The notes below the pieces were generated by a model. The model was not told the DNA's origin. It ran no database searches and worked only from the letters and a program-made list of their open reading frames with translations. Below are positions 33,232 through 42,677 of a DNA stretch of 64,000 nucleotides, piece by piece (position 1 is the first letter of the stretch; each line of letters opens with the position of its first letter). Source of the stretch: Verrucomicrobiota bacterium (GTDB lineage Bacteria; Verrucomicrobiota; Verrucomicrobiia; Opitutales; Coraliomargaritaceae); contig JBCBZJ010000001.1 of assembly GCA_039815375.1 (NCBI GenBank), positions 128,001-192,000 of the forward strand, read 5' to 3'. Position numbers and translations under genes: made by a program.

Positions 33232-34461
33232 TTAGGCGGCGCCATAGAGCGCGAGGAAGAAGGCGAGGTAGACATAGAAAACGATGCCACCGGCAACGAG
33301 AATGACAGCGGGCACCATGACTGCACTTAGCTTTCCAATGAGGGCCTGCAGGCGCTCTTCATGGAAGTCGGCGACGTTGACCAACGTCTCTTCAAGATTT
33401 CCGGAGGATTCGCCGACACCTACCATTTTGATCATCATCGGTGTGTAGGCATTACCTCTTCCAAGGCTCTCGGCGAGTGTTCCACCCTCCAGCACCCGGT
33501 TGCGGGCGGAGTCGACCACTGCGGCAAAGTAACGGTTTCCATGTATCGTCGAGAGGATTCTTAAGCCCTCAACAAGGCGGATGCCACTTTCCAGCAAAGT
33601 TGCCAGAGCACGGGCGAATAGAGCCGTTCCTCCACTCCTCAGAATTGTTCCAACAAGCGGCACACGGATCAAAAACCGGTCTATAGCCAGGCGGCCAGGG
33701 GGCCAAAATAAGGCAAAAATGAAGGTCATCATCAAAATTGCCAGGACCGCTGCAATTCCAGGGCCGTAGGTTACAATAAAGTTTGATAGATCGAGCAAAG
33801 ACTGAGTCAGCGGTGGAAGCGGGCGACCGAGTGCCTCAAGCGCCTCTCGTAGTAACGGGATGACGTAAACAACCATGTAGGCGCTGAGTCCGAATGCGAA
33901 GAGCACAACCACTGAGGGATAGGCCAGTGCCGACAAAATGGCGTTTCGGTTCTTCCGAAATCGTTCCATCGACTCGGCGGAGCGCCGCATTACTACATCG
34001 AGGTTACCACTTTCTTCCCCGAGTCCGATCATTGAGACAACCGATTTTGGAAAGATCCTGTGCTCATCGATTGCGTCTGCAAGCGAGCTGCCACTCTCCA
34101 CTCGTTCGCGGATTTTGATATACAATCTACGAGTCGCTTTAGATGGCGGCATTTCAATAACGGTCTCGATTGCCGCCAGAAGGCTCAGTCCACTCTTGAT
34201 CATGATCGAGAGCTGTCTGAGCGTTAACTCGATATGGATCGACTTGGCACGACCGAAATTCTCCGGGTTGAATATTTTGGAGACAAAGTCCTTCTCCGCG
34301 CTCAGGGCGTCGCGCTGTGCCGCGGTGGCTTGCTGCAGCTGTTCAGGAATCATTCCCTGCTCCGTAAGCATCCACCGAGCGGCACTGATGCTTTCCGCCT
34401 GGATGATCCCCTGGCGCCGTTCTCCGTTCTGGAGTCGGGAAGTGTAGAAGAAATCGCTCAT
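33232..34461 (-). CDS. Inner-membrane platform protein (PilC/GspF family)
   Basis: RQLSIMIKSGL, GEESGNL, ALAYP, LPPLT, second GESSGNL repeat. Confidence 0.92.
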   Translation of the reverse strand: MSDFFYTSRLQNGERRQGIIQAESISAARWMLTEQGMIPEQLQQATAAQRDALSAEKDFVSKIFNPENFGRAKSIHIELTLRQLSIMIKSGLSLLAAIETVIEMPPSKATRRLYIKIRERVESGSSLADAIDEHRIFPKSVVSMIGLGEESGNLDVVMRRSAESMERFRKNRNAILSALAYPSVVVLFAFGLSAYMVVYVIPLLREALEALGRPLPPLTQSLLDLSNFIVTYGPGIAAVLAILMMTFIFALFWPPGRLAIDRFLIRVPLVGTILRSGGTALFARALATLLESGIRLVEGLRILSTIHGNRYFAAVVDSARNRVLEGGTLAESLGRGNAYTPMMIKMVGVGESSGNLEETLVNVADFHEERLQALIGKLSAVMVPAVILVAGGIVFYVYLAFFLALYGAA

Positions 34462-34462
34462 T

Positions 34463-36037
34463 CTATAGGAACTCTGAAGTTGCCCGAACCACTTCTTCTA
34501 CCGTAGTCTCACCACTCCGTATTCTGGCGAGACCGTTCGCAACCAGTGATAAGTTACCATCCGAGTCTCTTTTTTCGACAAGCATTTGCTCGATTGACTC
34601 GGCGCTTGACGCATCACCGATCAGTCGCGACTCGTCCATCCCAAACGGCAGTACTTCGAATAGACCGGATCTACCGATAAATCCTCGGCCGGCACAATGG
34701 ATACATTGTCCAGCGGTCCACGATGGCTCACCTTCCATTTCTGGACGGCGCAGCAACATGGCCTCTTGCTCAGTAATACTGCCCTTTATCCGACATTTTG
34801 GGCACAGCACGCGGACGAGCCTCTGTGCGGCCACCAATCGTAAGACACTTGCGATGAGAAAGCGATCTACGCCGAGGTCGAGCAATCGAGTGATCGCACC
34901 GGCCGCAGTGTTCGTATGAAGGGTGCTGAGAACAAGGTGACCCGTAAGTGCAGCTCGAACTGCCAGTTCAGCTGTTTCGCGGTCGCGAATCTCACCAAGC
35001 ATGACCACGTCAGGGTCATGCCGCAGTATACTTCTGAGAGACGAGGCGAAAGAGACCTTCTCGCGTCGTGCATCGACTTCGGTTTGGGTCGCACCGTCGA
35101 TCTCGTATTCGATAGGGTCCTCAACGGTCATCACGTTCGCAGTGGTTTGCCCTAAAAGATGCTGAATCGCGGCATAGAGTGTGGTGCTCTTACCACTACC
35201 GGTTGGACCCGTGATAAGAATCATTCCATGGGGCAGATTTACCGCGCGTGAAAACTGCTTACGGTGCTCTTCGGTGAAGCCGAGGCTGTCGAGCGTCAGG
35301 TCAGAATTTTCCGACATTAAGATACGGAGTGTGATTCGCTCGCCATGCCTTGCCGGAATCGTAGCCATACGGATTTCGGCTCGCGGGAGCACCCCTCCGG
35401 GGTCAAATGCGAAAGAGCCATCTTGAGAAGCGCGTTTCTCTGAGATATCCAAGCCACCCAAGACCTTGAGGCGGTTAAACAATGGCAATCTAAGGTTGGC
35501 CGGCAGCGTTAGATCGTCGGATAAAACCCCGTCGATGCGCAGTCGCACCTGGACTTCCCCGTCTCGCAGTACATTAAAGTGCAGGTCTGAAGCCCTTCGT
35601 ATCAGTCCGGTTTTCAGAAGCTGGTCACATATTGTAGTGGCTTCCTCGGAGTTGCCATCGCGCGTATCAACCCGGGTTGCCGAAGCGTCAATTACCGGTC
35701 TATCCTGAGTGCTTGCGTTGCGAAGATTTCCGAAGAGCCGAGTTTGCAGAGAGCGGATCGACTCGACTGTCGCCACAACCGGAACAGGTTTTAGTCCTGT
35801 GATCCTTTGAAGTAGCTTTGCAGACGCCGGATCGAGAGCCTTATCGACGGCAACCTTGAGTTCGCCATCCAATTCGACCAACGGTAGGAGGCGTCTTCGA
35901 ATCATCAGGCTGGGGGGGATTTGAAGTGCCCAGCGTGGATCGAATTTGATTTCTTCCAGATCCAAAGCTTCCGTCTCATCGAGGACCGCGCTTCGAGGGG
36001 CACTTTGACTGGCGCTATCTGGTTTTTGAATGGGCAT
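34463..36037 (-). CDS. Assembly ATPase (PilB/GspE family)
   Basis: ASDLH, RIDGVL, GPTGSGKSTT, TVEDPIEY, LRHDPD, GEIRD, LTGHLV, Zn motif CPKC...CIHC. Confidence 0.93.
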   Translation of the reverse strand: MPIQKPDSASQSAPRSAVLDETEALDLEEIKFDPRWALQIPPSLMIRRRLLPLVELDGELKVAVDKALDPASAKLLQRITGLKPVPVVATVESIRSLQTRLFGNLRNASTQDRPVIDASATRVDTRDGNSEEATTICDQLLKTGLIRRASDLHFNVLRDGEVQVRLRIDGVLSDDLTLPANLRLPLFNRLKVLGGLDISEKRASQDGSFAFDPGGVLPRAEIRMATIPARHGERITLRILMSENSDLTLDSLGFTEEHRKQFSRAVNLPHGMILITGPTGSGKSTTLYAAIQHLLGQTTANVMTVEDPIEYEIDGATQTEVDARREKVSFASSLRSILRHDPDVVMLGEIRDRETAELAVRAALTGHLVLSTLHTNTAAGAITRLLDLGVDRFLIASVLRLVAAQRLVRVLCPKCRIKGSITEQEAMLLRRPEMEGEPSWTAGQCIHCAGRGFIGRSGLFEVLPFGMDESRLIGDASSAESIEQMLVEKRDSDGNLSLVANGLARIRSGETTVEEVVRATSEFL

Positions 36038-36079
36038 CGGTTAACTGGATTTTTTATACAATGGAAGGTCCCGAAGCTT

Positions 36080-37231
36080 TTAGATCGATCGCGCAAGTGG
36101 GCGTAGTTCTCGAGTGAGACGTTGCTCAAGTATTTTTGGATTCTTGGTGCAAGCGAGGGCCGTTGAGCGTTGTAACAAGCCCTGTTGCACCCAATCGACA
36201 AGGCATTGTTCGAGGGTCTGCATGCCGTATTTTGCCCCGGTCTCCATGAAGGAGTAGAGGTTTTGGAACTGCCCTCGGGCGATCAGATTGGCAGCAGCAG
36301 GAGTGACTTGCAGGATCTCACTCAAGGCGACTCGCGGTCGCTTGAACCGACCACGAGCCGGTTTCTCTGCTCGCGGTCCATCGGAAGGCACGAGGTGCTG
36401 GGTCAAGACGCCGCGCAGATTCATGCTCAACTGGCGGAGAATGCCTGGCTGCTCATCTGCAGGGAAGACTGAAGCCAGACGCTGGATCGCTCCTGCACAG
36501 TCCGGAGCATGGACCGTAGTAAAGACAAGGTGACCTGTTTCTGCGGCAGTCAGGGCGGTCCGGATCGTTTCACGCTCCCGAACCTCACCGACGAGTATGA
36601 CATCCGGGTCTTGCCGTAGACTCGAGATCAATGCTTCGTGGAAGTTGGATGCATGGGTTCCAATCTGGCGCTGATCGATTCGTGATTTCTGCGAAAGGTG
36701 GAGATATTCAACAGGGTCTTCGATTGTGATGATGTGTGCCGCACGCTCGCGATTGATTTTATCCAATAGGGTCGCGAGTGTTGTGCTTTTGCCGGAACCT
36801 GTTGGTCCGGCTACGACAACGAGTCCATCTGTAAGTTGACACCAGTTTTCCAGAGAGCCGGGAAGACCAAGTTCCTCGAGACTTCGAAAACGGTCGTCCA
36901 GCTTACGAATAGCGATCGAGAGGCCGGGTAAACGCTTGTAGATATTGAAGCGAAAACGCCCATCCTCAGAGAGGCTTATTGCGCCGTCAAGAGAGCCTGT
37001 TTCAGGAATAACGCCACATGCCTCTGTCGCAGTCAGCTCCTCAACAAGCATACCAAGCTGATCCCCGGATAAAGGCTGCGGAAAGCGCTCCACCGTGGAC
37101 AGCACCCCATCAATGCGGAAAAGCGGTGCGTGCTCGGGAGCAAGGTGCAGGTCCGATCCTGCTACATCAATCAATGTCTGGAGGAGCCCTTCCAGACTGG
37201 GTTGCTTCAAGCTGTATGGAGTATTATCCAT
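36080..37231 (-). CDS. pilT: Retraction ATPase (PilT family)
   Basis: SDLHL, GPTGSGKSTT, HIITIEDPVEY, LRQDPD, AAETGHLVF, AAANLIARG (AIRNLIRE-like), GMQTL. Confidence 0.9.
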   Translation of the reverse strand: MDNTPYSLKQPSLEGLLQTLIDVAGSDLHLAPEHAPLFRIDGVLSTVERFPQPLSGDQLGMLVEELTATEACGVIPETGSLDGAISLSEDGRFRFNIYKRLPGLSIAIRKLDDRFRSLEELGLPGSLENWCQLTDGLVVVAGPTGSGKSTTLATLLDKINRERAAHIITIEDPVEYLHLSQKSRIDQRQIGTHASNFHEALISSLRQDPDVILVGEVRERETIRTALTAAETGHLVFTTVHAPDCAGAIQRLASVFPADEQPGILRQLSMNLRGVLTQHLVPSDGPRAEKPARGRFKRPRVALSEILQVTPAAANLIARGQFQNLYSFMETGAKYGMQTLEQCLVDWVQQGLLQRSTALACTKNPKILEQRLTRELRPLARSI

Positions 37232-37797
37232 TATCTGTAAATCCAGAGGTTCCAGAGCCGAAGGTCCGTTTTTATTTCGTAGCGCGCAGTCATGTTCACT
37301 GCAATGGGTGCAAGAGGGAGTTCCGTGCCGCCGAGCTCATCGAGAAAAGCAGTGACGCTTGAATAATCGGCTGCGAGCTCAACTTCCCAGAGTTTCCCAC
37401 CTCGGCTTCTTTTGAGGATTTTATTAAAGCTTCGGACATCCCCGGCCGCGGCGGGCGTCTCACTGATCACGATGATTCCGTGCTTCTGCAACAGCGTTTC
37501 AAAAAAAGCTTCGATCTTTAAGGATACCTCAGGCGAGTTACCTCCAGTGGGGGCCTCACCGCTCGATTGTGCCTCCTGTAAGACAGCTAGTTCAGACTTA
37601 AGGGTGGAGAGTTCACGGCGCACTGCGAACAGTTTGGCATTTTCCGGAAGGCGTCCTTCTAAAACTCCGGCTTGCCGGCTCAATTCATCGATTGATTCAA
37701 ACCTTGGCTTTGCTAAAAAGAAAATATGAATGAAGAAGAGAATCGCTGTAGGTAGCGCCATCAACATGATACGATCTCGTTTACTCATCTTGTTCAT
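37231..37797 (-). CDS. PilO/GspM-like alignment protein
   Basis: MSKRDR-TM-coiled coil, then LAADYSSVTAFLDEL ferredoxin-like motif; position in operon. Confidence 0.6.
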   Translation of the reverse strand: MNKMSKRDRIMLMALPTAILFFIHIFFLAKPRFESIDELSRQAGVLEGRLPENAKLFAVRRELSTLKSELAVLQEAQSSGEAPTGGNSPEVSLKIEAFFETLLQKHGIIVISETPAAAGDVRSFNKILKRSRGGKLWEVELAADYSSVTAFLDELGGTELPLAPIAVNMTARYEIKTDLRLWNLWIYR

Positions 37798-39197
37798 TGC
37801 GAAGCCCCCCTTCTAGTTACTGCCAGCGGAGCACCCGATTCTTTCATAGGTGTGAGATCAATCGTGAATGTCCACGGTCCGCCATTATCGTTGACAAAAG
37901 ATGCTTCCCGCCCGGTTAGCGTTGCCCACCATCCTGATTTGGAAAAGTCTCCATTCAGTTGCCGAACATACTCGGCCGGCGCTTGCGCCGTCGAAGCGAC
38001 CCCTGAGATCGATATGATAGATTCTTTACTTTGAATGCTTTGGATAACCACTTCCTGATTAGATGCATTTGCTATTGCAGGTAGAAGCGTCGCCATTCGT
38101 TCTTTATGGGTGCTCAAATCGAATGATTCGTCGACGGTGCCCTCTCGAAGGCGCGCTAGCTGGCGCTCCAATTGTTGAATTTGGTTCCTTCCATCACGGA
38201 CTTCATTGACTGATTGGCGCATTGAGGTGACATCTTCCTGCAGTTGATTGCGAGTCGAGTTCAGGTAGGACAGATGGCCCGCAATCAAAATGACGGTAAG
38301 TGCGGTGATTCCTGCCACTCGTAACCCGAGCTGCTTATTCGTCATTTCAGGCTTCGGGATGCCCAGTCGAGGGATCTTCTCGAGTTTTTTACTCAGTGGA
38401 TCGAGCCCTTTTGCTACTTCTTGAGCCCATTTGAGGCGCCCTGCATCGCTATCCAGTCGAATTTGAGCCACATCTCGAAACACATTTGGAGCAGAACCTT
38501 CCGAGGCGACGATAACGAGCTCATCCCGTTCATATGATTCAATTACAGCGGGATCCGAGAAGGCAGCTTCCTCATTCTCAGTCCAGCCTCGCACATTACG
38601 GCGCTCTGAGGAACTCGCTTCGTAGACGATAAAGCGCGGCCATATCTCGAGTTGTGCAGGCGAGTCCACCGGGATTCCTGCAGGATGAAAAATTGCAGCA
38701 AGGTGGCATCCACCAACAGCGTTCACTGCATTTCGCCAAATCATCAGCTGAGAGAAAGACGATTGAGCGACCCATGCGCGGAGCATTCCCTCCTGCCCAG
38801 GCAGTGGCTTCCAGGTCCATTGGGATTCCTCAACCCCGAGCCCAGTCAGTGCCTCAAGCTCGAGAGCGATTGCCTCGTCTTTCGATTCGTCTCCAAGAAA
38901 AGGAATTTCAAGAACAGCGGAGCTTACCTGAACGCTAAGTAATTTGATTTCCCGAGCGGGTCGCGGCTTCGTCTGAAGAAGTCGCGTGATCCAAGCGCCG
39001 TCGTCCTCTGCAAGTGAATCCCCGTAGATATCATCGAAGGAATCGATTTCTGCACTATCGGTAGAGGCTTCTTTATCGTTGATGACACGAATAACGTCGA
39101 AGCCTCCGGTGCTTTGCGCGAGATCAATGCGAAAGCATGTTGAGCCGGTATCGATCAGAACTGTTTTAGACGGGCGTTTGGAAAGTGATTCGAGCAT
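37794..39197 (-). CDS. Fused PilM/PilN-like (GspL-like) alignment protein
   Basis: Large cytoplasmic N-domain, single TM, coiled coil, PilN-like ISISGVA...YVRQL...FTI. Confidence 0.55.
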   Translation of the reverse strand: MLESLSKRPSKTVLIDTGSTCFRIDLAQSTGGFDVIRVINDKEASTDSAEIDSFDDIYGDSLAEDDGAWITRLLQTKPRPAREIKLLSVQVSSAVLEIPFLGDESKDEAIALELEALTGLGVEESQWTWKPLPGQEGMLRAWVAQSSFSQLMIWRNAVNAVGGCHLAAIFHPAGIPVDSPAQLEIWPRFIVYEASSSERRNVRGWTENEEAAFSDPAVIESYERDELVIVASEGSAPNVFRDVAQIRLDSDAGRLKWAQEVAKGLDPLSKKLEKIPRLGIPKPEMTNKQLGLRVAGITALTVILIAGHLSYLNSTRNQLQEDVTSMRQSVNEVRDGRNQIQQLERQLARLREGTVDESFDLSTHKERMATLLPAIANASNQEVVIQSIQSKESIISISGVASTAQAPAEYVRQLNGDFSKSGWWATLTGREASFVNDNGGPWTFTIDLTPMKESGAPLAVTRRGASQ

Positions 39198-39198
39198 G

Positions 39199-40218
39199 TC
39201 AAAAGTTTCTTAGAGTCAGAGTTACCGGGTCTGTCCGACCCTCAAGCGTAACGTTTGTCGCCGGAGAAATACGCTCTGTCGCAGTAGCCGATACTGCAGT
39301 CAAGTCTTCTTCATTTCCCGGAACGGGGCCGTCAATTTGGTAGGCACGAAAAACCTTAGGTCCGAAAGGTAAATCTGCGAGCGTTAGCGTCACCGAAATG
39401 ACAGAGGAGGGCGTTCCCGGGTTATCGACCGGATCGTCGAATTCGAACTTTGCTTGCTGAATTGTAACAACTCCTCCCGTTCCGTCTGCTGCATAGCTTG
39501 GCCCGTAGACGCGGGCGAGGAGTACGTTTCCTCTCCCGTCACTGAAATTCTGCGAATTCGGTCGGACTAGAGTCACAACGATATCCTCAGTCGAACTCTG
39601 CTCGGACGCAGATAGTCCAGCTAAGACCGCATTCGAATCTGCTTCAAACACTGCAGCCGTATCGGCATTCACTCCGTCACCTCCAGTCATCTGATCGACT
39701 CCCAGGCTCTGAATGATGGCGATCGTTTCGCCGTCTGCGGATGGATCACCGTCGGCTTCAAAAAAGAGAAAATCCTTTCCGTAACCGTCGACCAGCTCGC
39801 TTTGACCAAATCCAAGATCAAGGTAAGGCCCGCGCCAACCGCCTCCCAGGCGGACTTCGCTGTCTCCTGGCGGTGTTTGAATAGAATATGAGGGGAGACT
39901 TTCAATCTTCCAAAGTTCGGAGGGCTGTAAAGGCATCATCGATCCGGGATCGACTGCAACAGGAAGGCGCCCGATATCACCGATGAAGCCTGTTATGCTA
40001 TTTTCGCCGAGAACTGCCGATTCAATCGATTCAATCTGCGTGAGGTTCGCTTCGAATCGGGTTTCTTCGGTGAGCTGCGCGACACTTCGAAGAGCGATGG
40101 TAGAAACGACCGCAAGGATAGTGAGCACCACGAGTAACTCCACGAGGGTTAGGCCGCTGCGGGAAAATTCAACCGCTAATGGACGCTGATAAATGCTGAT
40201 GTTACTTACAGTGGACAT
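39199..40218 (-). CDS. Type IV prepilin, GspG-like core with C-terminal extension
   Basis: RSG|LTLVELLVV class III signal; GDIGRLP, WRGPYL, DGYG, SLGVD. Confidence 0.85.
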   Translation of the reverse strand: MSTVSNISIYQRPLAVEFSRSGLTLVELLVVLTILAVVSTIALRSVAQLTEETRFEANLTQIESIESAVLGENSITGFIGDIGRLPVAVDPGSMMPLQPSELWKIESLPSYSIQTPPGDSEVRLGGGWRGPYLDLGFGQSELVDGYGKDFLFFEADGDPSADGETIAIIQSLGVDQMTGGDGVNADTAAVFEADSNAVLAGLSASEQSSTEDIVVTLVRPNSQNFSDGRGNVLLARVYGPSYAADGTGGVVTIQQAKFEFDDPVDNPGTPSSVISVTLTLADLPFGPKVFRAYQIDGPVPGNEEDLTAVSATATERISPATNVTLEGRTDPVTLTLRNF

Positions 40219-40302
40219 TCTCAGCGTCTCGTGTGTTTGCGAAAAAATTGGGCGCTGAATTCTGAGTCGGTCCGTGTTCATTAGTGGTAAACTCAACAAG
40301 TG

Positions 40303-40935
40303 TTAGAGTCGTGGATCGACGGATCGAAGGAATCGCACGAGGTCGTCGCCACCAGCATCCATCGCATCATTCGGGTCCATCTCGAGGATACGGTTAGGCC
40401 CCGCAGAGACAAGGCGGGCATCGGTGGTGTCGGGCTCCTGTAAAACGATGGGTTTACCCCAGGCGTCGAGAACGGCCGGGTCATCTTCGATTCCGGTAAG
40501 GTCGGTGTTGTCGTCGAAACCATCACCCGATTCGATGAAGTTTCCATAACGGGCGATGTTCGAAATTAAGTAAGGTCCGTTCCAGCCGTTGCCGGTCGCT
40601 AAATTGAATGAAGGCTCGCCGTCTACATTTTCAAAGAGGCCCACGATGCGACTGGGGAGCGAAAGGGTGTGCGTGAAATAACCGGGATTCTCGGGATCAC
40701 CGAGCAGTGCTTTTTCCACTTCCCGGAAGCTGGCTCGCGTTGCGATCTCTTGTGCGGTGAGTGACTCGCCTGTTCCATCGGCAACTTTGATGCCGCTCGA
40801 AATCGTTGCGATCACAATACTACCGATAGCTCCAAGAATGCCCAGAACGACCAAAAGCTCCACTAGAGTGAAGCCTGGACGGGGCTGCGCATCTCGCGCA
40901 AAAAATCGTCGGTCGGTTCGCACTGCTTTGGACAA
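40303..40935 (-). CDS. Type IV prepilin, GspG-like
   Basis: RPG|FTLVELLVV; WNGPYL, DAWG, SAGPN, GDD. Confidence 0.87.
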   Translation of the reverse strand: MSKAVRTDRRFFARDAQPRPGFTLVELLVVLGILGAIGSIVIATISSGIKVADGTGESLTAQEIATRASFREVEKALLGDPENPGYFTHTLSLPSRIVGLFENVDGEPSFNLATGNGWNGPYLISNIARYGNFIESGDGFDDNTDLTGIEDDPAVLDAWGKPIVLQEPDTTDARLVSAGPNRILEMDPNDAMDAGGDDLVRFLRSVDPRL

Positions 40936-40943
40936 GCCCGAGA

Positions 40944-41729
40944 TTAGAACGACTCGTAGAATCCGTCCAAATGATAATTGACTCCACGAAGCTGACTATC
41001 CTCTAGACCAGCAACAGTAGCCAGACGAACTGTTTCATCGTCGAAGATCGTGAAAATTACGACCCATCGAGCATATTGTGTCGTTGGATTCTCACCACCA
41101 CGCAAAAATTTAACCGGTGCATCAGCCATGGTTCGTCCGACCATGGAATTGTTCTGACCGAGACCGAATGCAGCGTAAGCCACAACCTCTCCAGAACCAC
41201 CGTTGACCTGACTCGCGGTCAATCCTAAGCGATCCTCTCCGTCATCAGTGAGAACGACGATCGTCGCGGGGAGCTCATTCACCTCGGGGTCCGTAATTCC
41301 GTCAAAGGTCTGGTTGACCGTAGTGTCGGCGAAATCAGTGTGCTGTAGAGATTCAATAATGCCCGCATTGAGTAACGCATTATCGATGATCGTTTCGTTT
41401 GCAGTGGATGGAGTCAGATCATCGAGTTCGTCAAGGTCGGGGTCGTCAGTTGCGCCTGCATCTGTCCCTGTTGGTAAAACGTCACCTCCCGCATCAATCA
41501 AGCTGTCCCAGCTATTTGGGTAGGCCCCTGTTTCGGTGCGGAATGTTTCAACAACCTTTACGACCTCACGCATGTTTGCCGAGCCGCTCGAACTGTTGGA
41601 AAGCTGGTTGGTATCTGGAAGAATTGGAATGATGATCGAAGCGACTGCTATGAGAATCGTAAGAACGACCAGCAATTCGACTAAAGTGAGCCCCTGACGT
41701 TTCGAGCGTGGTTTGTTTTTTCGGTTCAT
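40944..41729 (-). CDS. Large acidic type IV prepilin (pilin 2)
   Basis: KRQG|LTLVELLVV class III signal; paralogous to 41819..42628. Confidence 0.87.
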   Translation of the reverse strand: MNRKNKPRSKRQGLTLVELLVVLTILIAVASIIIPILPDTNQLSNSSSGSANMREVVKVVETFRTETGAYPNSWDSLIDAGGDVLPTGTDAGATDDPDLDELDDLTPSTANETIIDNALLNAGIIESLQHTDFADTTVNQTFDGITDPEVNELPATIVVLTDDGEDRLGLTASQVNGGSGEVVAYAAFGLGQNNSMVGRTMADAPVKFLRGGENPTTQYARWVVIFTIFDDETVRLATVAGLEDSQLRGVNYHLDGFYESF

Positions 41730-41752
41730 AAGTCGGCTTTCTAAATGGGAAA

Positions 41753-41782
41753 AGACGCGTCGGGGCAATGCCCGACGCGTCT
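41753..41782 (-). terminator. Hairpin terminator/attenuator after the first pilin
   Basis: AGACGCGTCGGG-N6-CCCGACGCGTCT perfect 12-bp stem with a short T run on the minus strand. Confidence 0.7.
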
Positions 41783-41818
41783 AAACTCTGGAATATCTAT
41801 ACTTCCCTTAAGTAAGAA

Positions 41819-42628
41819 TTACTGTCCGGCAACTTCCGTCCAGTAAACTTCGATGTGGTTGTCACCGGTTTCGAAACCATCACCGTCAATGCAGTAGCTT
41901 GTGCGTTTGAATTCAGCACGCTCGAGAGGGTCTCCGCTCTCGTCTGCAACCTGCACGATGATACCGAATCGGGAGTGCACTTCATCAGGAAGAACGCCGG
42001 CTGTGTCACCGAAGTGAACCGGTGGTTCTGGAGTGAGGTCTCCAAGAAGCGTCCAGTCACGGCCAATGCCGAACCAAACATACTTTTCAGAAGTAGTCGG
42101 GACAGATGCACCGCCACCGCCATTCGGTAGGAAAATTGCATCTGCTTGATCATCCGTAAGTGTGATGACAGTTGAATCACCTGAGAGTGCACGTGATGTT
42201 GCGCCGATATTAAAGGTGACATTGAAGTCGGTCGCTGCGCTGTCATGGTCGACAACGGTAGTGATGCCGACCGCAGCAAGAGCGGCAACCTCATCAACTG
42301 ACAGGTCAGATACGGACAATTCTCCGGCCCCTTCCGTTGTGAAGGTAGCGTTCGCATCATTGACAGGAACGTCGCCACCAGTGTGGATGCCGGAGTCGAA
42401 GACGTCGCCGAATTCACCAAACTCAAGCTGCACACGTTGCATCATCTGGTGCACTTCCGGGAAAGTGGTCGCACAAGTCGAGACGTGGCTACGAGTCAAA
42501 GCGTCTTTGATAGTCGGAACAAGCAAGCTACCTGTAGCGATCAGAATAACGAGCACAACAAGGAGCTCGATGAGAGTTAGTCCTGCCTTCTTGGAAAGGC
42601 GGCGCATTTCTGTATATGTGTTTTTCAT
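41819..42628 (-). CDS. Large acidic type IV prepilin (pilin 1, probable major pilin)
   Basis: KKAG|LTLIELLVV class III signal; first gene of the operon, followed by a hairpin. Confidence 0.88.
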   Translation of the reverse strand: MKNTYTEMRRLSKKAGLTLIELLVVLVILIATGSLLVPTIKDALTRSHVSTCATTFPEVHQMMQRVQLEFGEFGDVFDSGIHTGGDVPVNDANATFTTEGAGELSVSDLSVDEVAALAAVGITTVVDHDSAATDFNVTFNIGATSRALSGDSTVITLTDDQADAIFLPNGGGGASVPTTSEKYVWFGIGRDWTLLGDLTPEPPVHFGDTAGVLPDEVHSRFGIIVQVADESGDPLERAEFKRTSYCIDGDGFETGDNHIEVYWTEVAGQ

Positions 42629-42654
42629 GTGTCTATTTTATCTTTCGAATCTTA

Positions 42655-42677
42655 AATATGAGAATGAATCTCATATT
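42655..42677. promoter_or_regulatory. Fur-box-like inverted repeat upstream of the pilin operon
   Basis: AATATGAGA-ATGAA-TCTCATATT; core TGAGAAT-G-AATCTCA is one mismatch from the Fur 7-1-7 variant TGAGAATnATTCTCA. Confidence 0.65.

Noticed and set aside
40944..42628. Geobacter-type conductive pili linked to the octaheme cytochrome
   Set aside because: The pilins are long and acidic rather than short and aromatic-dense, and the cytochrome gene is about 9 kb from the operon in a separate unit.
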